Of a stretch of DNA of 24,000 nt, positions 15,592-22,085 are shown piece by piece; the first letter of the stretch is position 1, and every line of letters starts with the position of its first letter. The DNA is from Anaerolineaceae bacterium (GTDB lineage: Bacteria; Chloroflexota; Anaerolineae; Anaerolineales; Anaerolineaceae): contig JAXGXZ010000001.1 in NCBI GenBank assembly GCA_040772525.1, positions 884,225-908,224 of the forward strand. Reading direction: 5' to 3'. The translations under genes and the position numbers were made by a program. A model generated the notes under the pieces. It had not been told where the DNA came from and did not search any database. It saw nothing but the letters and a program-made list of their open reading frames with translations.

Positions 15592-16241
15592 GTATGAACA
15601 GAAAGATTTCGGTCTCCCTGGTCTCCGCGCCGTTTGACCATCTGGCGCAAACGCTCCGGCAAATGGAATTGTCTGGGGCGGACTACCTGCATTACGACAT
15701 CGAGGACGGCTATTTCGTTCCCGTAATGAACCTCGGAACCAAAATGCTTGAACAGTTGGGCGCCATGACCAGCTTGCCGCTGGATGTGCACCTGATGATG
15801 GTGAACCCCGAGTGGATCATTCCGGACATAGCCCGTACGGGTGCTGTAAATCTTTCTGTCCATTATGAAGCCTGTGCTTACCCGCGTCGCGTGCTGGGGG
15901 TGATAAAAGCTCACGGCATGCGCGCCGGGTTGGCTTTCAATCCTGCGACTCCCATCCCTGATCTGCGATTCTGCTTACCTTTACTCGATTTTGTAACTGT
16001 GCTGACTACGGAACCGGAAACGGGGGACTTCAATATCCTCCTTCCAGTATTAGATAAAGTCCGCCAGGCAAAGGGGTTGCCTGAATTAGCCGCCTTGGAG
16101 TGGGTAGTGGATGGCGGGGTCAATCAGGAAAACGCTCACTTGGTCTGGGAGGCCGGCGCGGACACTATCGTCTCCGGCAGGGCTGCCTTCAGCGGCGGGA
16201 ATTACAAGGAAAATGTGGAACGACTCCGAAATCCACGCTAG
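15588..16241 (+). CDS. sgcE: Pentulose/hexulose-phosphate 3-epimerase of the SgcE subtype (ribulose-phosphate 3-epimerase family)
   Basis: 217 aa. The ATG overlaps the upstream stop (ATGA). GADYLHYDIEDGYFVP...LPLDVHLMM...VLTTEPETGD fits the family. The DIED variant of the canonical DVMDG motif is the one I recall from E. coli SgcE. Confidence 0.85.
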   Translation: MSMNRKISVSLVSAPFDHLAQTLRQMELSGADYLHYDIEDGYFVPVMNLGTKMLEQLGAMTSLPLDVHLMMVNPEWIIPDIARTGAVNLSVHYEACAYPRRVLGVIKAHGMRAGLAFNPATPIPDLRFCLPLLDFVTVLTTEPETGDFNILLPVLDKVRQAKGLPELAALEWVVDGGVNQENAHLVWEAGADTIVSGRAAFSGGNYKENVERLRNPR

Positions 16242-16258
16242 ATAGAAGAGATATCCCT

Positions 16259-16753
16259 ATGAACAAATCTGACACACCAATTGCGATTGAAGAAGAAAAC
16301 ATTCTGGTGAAAGTGTCCCCCAAAAATGATCTGGAGATCATAGACACCCTGGCGACTCTGTTGTACAAAAATGGCTATGTTAAGCAAAGTTACAGCAAAG
16401 CAGTACAGGAGCGGGAAAAAGTGTTCCCCACCGGATTGCAGACAACTACGATTGGCTTTGCCATTCCACATGCCGATTCGTCGCATGTGCTGCGCACAAC
16501 TGTTGCCGTGGCAACATTAAAGAAGCCGGTCAAATTCCGCGCTATGGACAACCCGGAAGTACAATATTCGGTCAAGATCGTTATGATGTTAGCCATCAAA
16601 GACCCGGATGCCGTAGTCACTGTATTGCAGAAGGTGGTAAGTCTGCTTAAGGACGAACCCATTTTAAAAAAGATTAAATATGCCCGCACTGCGGGTACAA
16701 TTAAACGAGCGCTCGACCACCATATTGAGCATTTTGTTGACGAACTCCTCTAA
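16259..16753 (+). CDS. PTS EIIA component (fructose/mannitol-type EIIA-2 fold, SgcA-like)
   Basis: The start is taken at ATG 16259 (MNKSDTPIAIEEENILVKV...). The track ORF from 16100 overlaps the epimerase in another frame. REKVFPTGLQTTTIGFAIPHADSSHV contains the phosphorylatable His context (iAiPH). Confidence 0.85.
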   Translation: MNKSDTPIAIEEENILVKVSPKNDLEIIDTLATLLYKNGYVKQSYSKAVQEREKVFPTGLQTTTIGFAIPHADSSHVLRTTVAVATLKKPVKFRAMDNPEVQYSVKIVMMLAIKDPDAVVTVLQKVVSLLKDEPILKKIKYARTAGTIKRALDHHIEHFVDELL

Positions 16754-16779
16754 AAGAGGATGTATTTAGATGAGGTAGT

Positions 16780-17091
16780 ATGAGTAAAATCAAGATTTTA
16801 GTTGTTTGCGGCTCCGGTGTTGCCACTTCCATGCATGCAGCCTATAAAATGCGGGAGTACTTTAATCGTGAGAAATTGCCGGTCATCATCGATGGAGCCG
16901 GAATTAACGAACTTGCAGGTCGGGCACCTAATTATGACATCGTTGTCAGTAATGCCATGGTCCCGATGGAACTCACAAAACCCGTGTTCAGCGCAATCCC
17001 GCTGCTCACCGGTATAGGTGAGAAGGAATTAATGGCTAAACTGGTAGAAACTGTGCGCGAGCTGATGAAAAACAGGGATGCGTCAGCCTAG
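16780..17091 (+). CDS. PTS EIIB component, galactitol-type (GatB/SgcB-like)
   Basis: 103 aa. KILVVCGSGVATS carries the active-site Cys near the N-terminus. RBS is GAGGT. Confidence 0.85.
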   Translation: MSKIKILVVCGSGVATSMHAAYKMREYFNREKLPVIIDGAGINELAGRAPNYDIVVSNAMVPMELTKPVFSAIPLLTGIGEKELMAKLVETVRELMKNRDASA

Positions 17092-17099
17092 ACAAAAGG

Positions 17100-17393
17100 T
17101 TAAAAACACTCAGAGAGGGCGCGGAAAAGACGCCGCCCCTCTTCAGTTAATTGTTCTTCTGTTAATCCCTCAGCGCTCAGATTGAGGAGCACATAAGCTG
17201 GATTCGCGTATGGAACTGTGACTGTCAGATCCGTTTTCTGACCTTCCACAGTTCCATTTGCGATGGCCAGATTGGCAATATCGCGTTTCTTGAACAGGTT
17301 ATAGCCTGTGACATCAAACATTTTGAACACAGCTTTGTAAAGGTCGGCTGGGGTTTTGTCAGCGTAAGTCTTTTTAAGTGCTTTTGTAGCCAT
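17100..17393 (-). CDS. Small hypothetical protein (97 aa)
   Basis: GGGAGA RBS lies 4-5 nt before the ATG. Composition resembles neighbouring genes. It has no recognisable motif, signal peptide or TM helix. It is convergent with the PTS operon. Confidence 0.55.
   Translation of the reverse strand: MATKALKKTYADKTPADLYKAVFKMFDVTGYNLFKKRDIANLAIANGTVEGQKTDLTVTVPYANPAYVLLNLSAEGLTEEQLTEEGRRLFRALSECF
17113..17143. terminator. GC-rich hairpin between the convergent sgcB-like gene and the 97-aa ORF (candidate bidirectional terminator)
   Basis: gagagggcgcgg / ccgcccctct pairs as 10 bp with one bulged C and an 8-nt loop. On the minus strand it is followed by GAGTGTTTTTA. On the plus strand there is no U-tract. 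It lies inside the last codons of the minus-strand ORF. Confidence 0.4.
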
Positions 17394-17530
17394 TATTTCT
17401 CCCGGTTCCCCATTTATTCTCCATACTATTATACCTATTCAGAGATTTTATATTACGAGCTATATAATTTTATGAAGTTTTAAAGATTGAGCGGTTCAGC
17501 CTCATAAGTATCGAATCCATTGCAAAACTC

Positions 17531-17559
17531 TTGACATTACAGGATAATAAGTTTATAAC
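17531..17559 (+). promoter_or_regulatory. Putative sigma70 promoter of the NSS transporter leader
   Basis: TTGACA (17531-17536), a 17-nt spacer, then TATAAC (17554-17559). Confidence 0.5.
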
Positions 17560-17566
17560 TATTGCT

Positions 17567-17714
17567 ATTATGTCTTCGGCATTGTTTTCTAATTATTGGC
17601 AGATTTACAACCTTTCCCAACCCTGGCGGAAGTCTTTTTGCGGATCAGCATAAACCTTCTACAACAATCATACTCCCGCCAGACGGCGGGATTTTTTATT
17701 TTATTTAGGAGATA
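17567..17714 (+). promoter_or_regulatory. ~150-nt 5' leader with an intrinsic terminator and a competing antiterminator (candidate riboswitch/attenuator, class unknown)
   Basis: The terminator is cccgcc (17675-17680), agac, ggcggg (17685-17690), followed by ATTTTTTATTTTATTT. The upstream ctggcgg (17623-17629) is complementary to ccgccag (17676-17682). A cUUCGg-capped mini-hairpin sits at ~17569-17581. RBS TAGGAGA lies just after the T-run. Confidence 0.5.
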
Positions 17715-19106
17715 ATGATGAATAATAAACCCAACCAACCCAGCACCCCAACCACACCCTCACGGGATAACTTCAAAACCCATCTTGGCGTGCTCGCTGC
17801 TACGCTTGGTTCTGCCGTCGGATTAGGCAATATTTGGAAGTTTCCTTCCTTAGTTGGCCAAAGCGGTGGGGCAGCTTTTGTGTTCGTCTATATTATTTGC
17901 GTACTTCTAATTGGCATCCCGGTGATGGTTAGCGAACATGTCGTCGGCAGAGCTGCGCGGTCCAACCCTGTGGATGCCTTCAAGCGCCTTTCTGCCAGCA
18001 AATTCCCATGGGGCATCATCGGAGTTATGGGAATTTTGGGATCTTTTCTAATTCTTTCCTTCTACACAGAAGTAGCCGGTTGGGTATTAGCTTATATTCC
18101 GAAGGCTATTTCAGGAGTGATTCTGACAACAGATGCAGCCGCTGCAGATCAAACCTTTGTGGATCTCATTACCAACCCTACCGCCTCTCTGGCCTGGCAG
18201 TGGATAGACCTGTTCATTGTGGGCATTATCATTGCTTCCGGGGTGTCCAAAGGCATCGAACGCACAATCAAGCTGCTTATCCCAGTGCTGTTGCTGCTGC
18301 TGATCCTGGTTGCCATCCGCAGCGTAACGTTGCCCGGCGCCTCCGAAGGGTTGACCTTCCTATTCAAGCCTGACTTGTCCAAATTGACCCCCAGCGTGAT
18401 ATTAGGGGCAATGGGGCTGGCTTTTTTCAAATTGTCCGTAGGTATGGGCGTCATGCTCACGTATGGTTCCTACTATCCTGACAATCAGGATATTCCCGGA
18501 AACGCCATTCGCGTGGCACTGTCCGATGTTGTCATTGCCCTGTTGGCAGGCGTAGCCATCTTCCCGGCCGTATTCGCATACAATTTTGAGCCCACCTCCG
18601 GACCCTCCCTTCTTTTCAAAACCATTCCTGCTGTTTTTGCTTCCATGCCTCTCGGCAACTTTTTCCTGATTGTTTTCCTTGTGCTGACATTTGTAGCCTC
18701 AATCGGCGCGCAGGTCTCACTGGTGGAAGCCCTTACTACTTTCTTACAGGAACGAGTGGACTGGCCACGTAAAAAAGTGACTCTTATCACGGTGATCGGC
18801 CTGCTCATTTTCGGCTCGCTCGCAGCACTTTCCAATAGCACTCTCTCCCACATTACTATCGCAGGTAAAAATTTCTTTGACTTGTTTGATTATCTTTCTT
18901 CCAATGTACTTCTGCCTCTGGGCGGGATGCTGATCTGCCTGTTCATCGGTTGGGTATGGGGGAAACCTAACTTCGAGACCGCTCTCAGCAACAATGGCAC
19001 ATTGAAGAATAATAGGGTGATAAACATCCTCTTCTTTCTGATCAAGTTTATTTCACCTGTTTTGATTCTGCTGGTTTTCTTAAACAGTATTCAGATCATC
19101 AAGTAG
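17715..19106 (+). CDS. Sodium-dependent neurotransmitter:sodium symporter (NSS/SNF) family transporter
   Basis: 463 aa with ~11-12 TM helices. The hallmark is LGSAVGLGNIWKFPSLVGQSGGAAFVFVYIICVLLIGIPVMVSE. Confidence 0.9.
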   Translation: MMNNKPNQPSTPTTPSRDNFKTHLGVLAATLGSAVGLGNIWKFPSLVGQSGGAAFVFVYIICVLLIGIPVMVSEHVVGRAARSNPVDAFKRLSASKFPWGIIGVMGILGSFLILSFYTEVAGWVLAYIPKAISGVILTTDAAAADQTFVDLITNPTASLAWQWIDLFIVGIIIASGVSKGIERTIKLLIPVLLLLLILVAIRSVTLPGASEGLTFLFKPDLSKLTPSVILGAMGLAFFKLSVGMGVMLTYGSYYPDNQDIPGNAIRVALSDVVIALLAGVAIFPAVFAYNFEPTSGPSLLFKTIPAVFASMPLGNFFLIVFLVLTFVASIGAQVSLVEALTTFLQERVDWPRKKVTLITVIGLLIFGSLAALSNSTLSHITIAGKNFFDLFDYLSSNVLLPLGGMLICLFIGWVWGKPNFETALSNNGTLKNNRVINILFFLIKFISPVLILLVFLNSIQIIK

Positions 19107-19126
19107 GATGGGGTCAGCTACTTCAA

Positions 19127-19156
19127 AACCGCTGTGAAATACACGGCGGTTTTTTG
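19127..19156 (+). terminator. Rho-independent terminator of the NSS gene
   Basis: aaccgctgtg / cacggcggtt forms a 10-bp stem (one G-U) with a 5-nt loop, running into TTTTTT (19150-19155). It lies 21 nt after the stop. Confidence 0.7.
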
Positions 19157-19185
19157 TTGACAATACCTATCAGGCACATTATCCT
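19157..19185 (+). promoter_or_regulatory. Putative promoter of the kinase/nucleotidyltransferase pair
   Basis: TTGACA (19157-19162), a 17-nt spacer, then TATCCT (19180-19185). Confidence 0.4.
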
Positions 19186-19220
19186 AATTTAACAACGATG
19201 CAGAAAAGACTGAACCTCGC

Positions 19221-20096
19221 ATGACACCTGTTCAACCTCCCTTAGATCATCCTAAAAAATGGCGTGAGAGTGCCGATCCTTTTGCCATCCCTTACCGAAA
19301 CATTAAGCTCTTACGCGTTTTAGGTTACCCGCATGCTGGCAATGACGTGTTTGAGGCACTGGTACTCGTTCAAGGTGAGGAACATCGGGTCTACATCAAG
19401 ATTGCCCGCCAGCAGCCAGGCGCAGACCTGGCGCGAGAAGCTGCAATTCTGCCTCAACTGAACCGGGCGCTTCCGGTTCCTAAGGTGCTGGAATATGGAA
19501 CGGAACCGGTGGAATATCTTGTTTGCGAGGCATTGGAAGGCAAGCGGCTCTCAAAAATCCTGCCACCTGAGGAGCCCGCGCCAGAGCTCTTCTTACATCG
19601 TTATGGAGCTATGCTTGCCAGACTGCATGCCTTGACCCCGGAAGTGGGAGCAGTCAGGGATCGCTGGCAATTTCGTCTCCCTCCGACAGAACAATTGGGC
19701 GGCATATTTGCGCCATATCTGGATTATTTGCAAAGCCATCGTCCCGCGAATGTAACTGAAACCTTTATCCATGGAGATTTCCATTACGCCAATGTCCTTT
19801 GGAAAAACGAGAAGATATCAGCCATACTGGATTTTGAGCTATGCGGTATTGGCTGGAGGGAATTTGATCTGGCCTGGGCAATTCTACTGCGGCCGGGGCA
19901 GACTTTTCTCAAGTCCCAGAAAGAAAGGGATGCATTCCTGCAAGGTTACGGCTCTTTGGCTGATTTTTCTTTACCTGCTTTCCAGTATTATCATACTCTT
20001 ATCGCTGCACATTTTTATATGGTCGGGTTGCGCACAAACGATGTCCCTTATCAGCAAGACTTGCTTATGTGTGTCCGCGAGGTTCTCAATGCTTAA
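19221..20096 (+). CDS. Aminoglycoside-phosphotransferase-like (APH / protein-kinase-like fold) phosphotransferase
   Basis: 291 aa. The catalytic loop is FIHGDFHYANVLW (HGDxxxxN) and the metal-binding motif is ILDFELCGIG (DFE). Confidence 0.85.
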   Translation: MTPVQPPLDHPKKWRESADPFAIPYRNIKLLRVLGYPHAGNDVFEALVLVQGEEHRVYIKIARQQPGADLAREAAILPQLNRALPVPKVLEYGTEPVEYLVCEALEGKRLSKILPPEEPAPELFLHRYGAMLARLHALTPEVGAVRDRWQFRLPPTEQLGGIFAPYLDYLQSHRPANVTETFIHGDFHYANVLWKNEKISAILDFELCGIGWREFDLAWAILLRPGQTFLKSQKERDAFLQGYGSLADFSLPAFQYYHTLIAAHFYMVGLRTNDVPYQQDLLMCVREVLNA

Positions 20097-20883
20097 AAAA
20101 CCTACCGGCAGTCTCACCCTTGATCGCAGTGACGCACGCCTGAAAGCTTTACTCGACCAGATTGATTCCGCTTTCCACGAATTACTTGGAACCAGTCTGA
20201 CCGGGCTCTATGTACACGGCTCGATTGCTTTCGGTGAATTCACATGGGAGCACAGTGATGTCGATTTCATCGCTGTGGTAGAGGAACCGCTGCTGCCAAC
20301 ACAAAAGCTAAACTTACTGACAACCCTGATAGAGCTGCAGGAGATCTCACCTCCCAAAGGTCTCGAAATGAGTGTACTTCTGCGCCAGGACTGTCAGAAT
20401 TTTATCCACCCTTCACCGTTCCAACTGCATTACTCCAGAGCCTGGCGCTCCGCCGCGATTAGCGATCCACTGTCCTTGGTTACCAGCCAACCTGAACGAG
20501 ACCCTGACCTGGCAGCCCACCTCATGGTACTGTGTTCACACGGTTTGTGCTGGGCTGGTGCGCCAATTGCCCGGGTCTTTAGCCGTCCGGAGTGGCAGGA
20601 TTATTTGCATAGCATCACTCAGGACCTGCTGGACGCTGCCCGGAAACCGCTTGACAATCCTGTCTACCTTATTTTAAACCTCTGCAGAGTGCTGGCAGCC
20701 CGCAGAGACGGGCTGGTGCTTTCAAAGCGGCAAGGCGGTGAATGGGCGCTCAAAAACCTGCCAAAAACCCTTCAGGAACCGATCCGACACGCGCTTTCTT
20801 TGCCGCCCCCAACTTCCATTCCAACTGCTCAAATCCGGGCTTTGGTCAAGGAATTAAACCAGACAGAGCAACCTCAGAAATAA
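20089..20883 (+). CDS. Nucleotidyltransferase with DUF4111-type C-terminal domain (ANT(3'')/AadA-like adenylyltransferase family)
   Basis: The start is taken at ATG 20089 (MLKKPTGSL...), overlapping the APH stop by 8 nt. The track ORF from 19771 is an out-of-frame overlap artefact. LYVHGSIAFGEFTWEHSDVDFIAVV matches GS...G...SD.D. DPDLAAHL...LNLCRVLAARRDGLVLSKRQGGEWAL resembles the AadA C-terminal helical domain. Confidence 0.85.
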   Translation: MLKKPTGSLTLDRSDARLKALLDQIDSAFHELLGTSLTGLYVHGSIAFGEFTWEHSDVDFIAVVEEPLLPTQKLNLLTTLIELQEISPPKGLEMSVLLRQDCQNFIHPSPFQLHYSRAWRSAAISDPLSLVTSQPERDPDLAAHLMVLCSHGLCWAGAPIARVFSRPEWQDYLHSITQDLLDAARKPLDNPVYLILNLCRVLAARRDGLVLSKRQGGEWALKNLPKTLQEPIRHALSLPPPTSIPTAQIRALVKELNQTEQPQK

Positions 20884-20946
20884 CTCTCTTCCGCACGTGC
20901 CCCAAAACGAAGGTTCACGAGTAAAATTAGATAGAGTTGAGGGCGT

Positions 20947-21957
20947 ATGACCAGACTAGTGATCCAAATCCCTGCTTATAACGAAGAAAAAAACCTTCCC
21001 CATGTGCTGGCTGAACTCCCGCGTAAGTTGCAGGGCGTCGCAGATATTTCCGTTGTGGTAGTGGATGATGGTTCCACGGATCATACCGCCAAAGTCGCCC
21101 TGGCTAATGGCGCGGACTTTGTTCTTCGCCACCGCCGCAACAGCGGACTGTCGAGCGCCTTTATTGATGGTATCCAATTTTCCCTGGCTCTTGGCGCGGA
21201 TATCATTGTCAATACGGATGCAGACAACCAATATCCTGGTTCAGAGATTGAGCGCCTCATCGCCCCTATACTTGCGGGTCAGGCTGATATGGTTGTAGGA
21301 GATCGCCAACTCAACACGAATGAACACTTCTCCCCGGTTAAGCGGCTCATGGAAAAACTGGGCACGAGTTTCGTATGCCATATCTCCTCTACCCAGGTGG
21401 CAGACGCAGCCAGTGGATTCCGGGCTTTCAGCCGCAAAGCAGCCCTGCCCCTGCAAGTTTATAACCCCTATTCCTATACTCTGGAGACGCTGATCCAGGC
21501 TGGCAAAAGCCAAATAGCCATAAGGGACGTAGCAGTAAAGACGAACCCTGCGCTGCGGGAATCGCGTTTACACAAGGGTATGTTCAACTTTATCTGGCGC
21601 CAGGCAGGGGCAATCATCCGCTCTTACCTGCTTTATCAACCCCTGCGCACCTTTTTGAGCTTGGGTGGTTTGAGCCTGTTGGTTGGTCTCATTCCACTGA
21701 TTCGCTTTCTCTACCTGTATTTTGCTAACCGTGGTGCCGGCCATCTTCAGTCAGTCTCTATCGGTGGGACCTTCGTTGTCGTGGGAATTGTGCTGATAAT
21801 CATCGGTTTTCTGGGTGACGCGGTAAGAGCGAGCCGGAACGTGGCTGAAGAAACCCTTACCCGCCTGCGGGATTCAACCCGTTTTGAGAACCCCGCCGAT
21901 GTGAGTGAGTTCCTTGGGCTGACTGTTTATTCTCAAAAACATCTCTGCCAAGATTAA
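20947..21957 (+). CDS. Family-2 glycosyltransferase, polyprenol-phosphate sugar transferase-like, with C-terminal TM helices
   Basis: 336 aa with VIQIPAYNEEKNLPHVL, VVVDDGSTDHT and NTDADNQY (DxD region). Two hydrophobic helices lie near residues 245-300. Confidence 0.9.
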   Translation: MTRLVIQIPAYNEEKNLPHVLAELPRKLQGVADISVVVVDDGSTDHTAKVALANGADFVLRHRRNSGLSSAFIDGIQFSLALGADIIVNTDADNQYPGSEIERLIAPILAGQADMVVGDRQLNTNEHFSPVKRLMEKLGTSFVCHISSTQVADAASGFRAFSRKAALPLQVYNPYSYTLETLIQAGKSQIAIRDVAVKTNPALRESRLHKGMFNFIWRQAGAIIRSYLLYQPLRTFLSLGGLSLLVGLIPLIRFLYLYFANRGAGHLQSVSIGGTFVVVGIVLIIIGFLGDAVRASRNVAEETLTRLRDSTRFENPADVSEFLGLTVYSQKHLCQD

Positions 21958-22007
21958 CGTTTTTAGCTTTCTGCCCAATGACGGAAGCGCTGTGCTATAC
22001 TTTTTAA

Positions 22008-22058
22008 CTCCTCTCCGATGTGCCTGAAAGCGGTAAAGAAGCACATCCAAGAGAGGAG
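22008..22058 (+). other. Long imperfect hairpin in the dnaE 5' region
   Basis: ctcctctc (22008-22015) pairs with gagaggag (22051-22058), and gatgtgc (22017-22023) pairs with gcacatc (22041-22047). The loop is 17 nt. It starts ~7 nt after a TGcTATACT extended -10-like element (21996-22001). Confidence 0.35.
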
Positions 22059-22085
22059 AAGAATTCATTTTTAGAGCATTAGTTG

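Noticed and set aside
9712-15914. Long minus-strand ORFs (9712-10167, 12167-12622, 13594-14040, 14167-14838, 15321-15914) opposite the PTS-operon genes
   Set aside because: All are antisense to genes with strong family signatures. They have Arg/His/Cys-rich, motif-free translations and no RBS, so they are typical shadow ORFs of moderately GC-rich coding DNA.
16100-16258. N-terminal extension of the EIIA ORF
   Set aside because: It overlaps the epimerase 3' end in a different frame with Gly/Arg-rich nonsense sequence. The EIIA domain begins right after ATG 16259.
19771-20088. N-terminal extension of the nucleotidyltransferase ORF (370-aa version)
   Set aside because: It lies entirely within the APH-like gene in another frame. 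The nucleotidyltransferase domain alignment begins just after ATG 20089.
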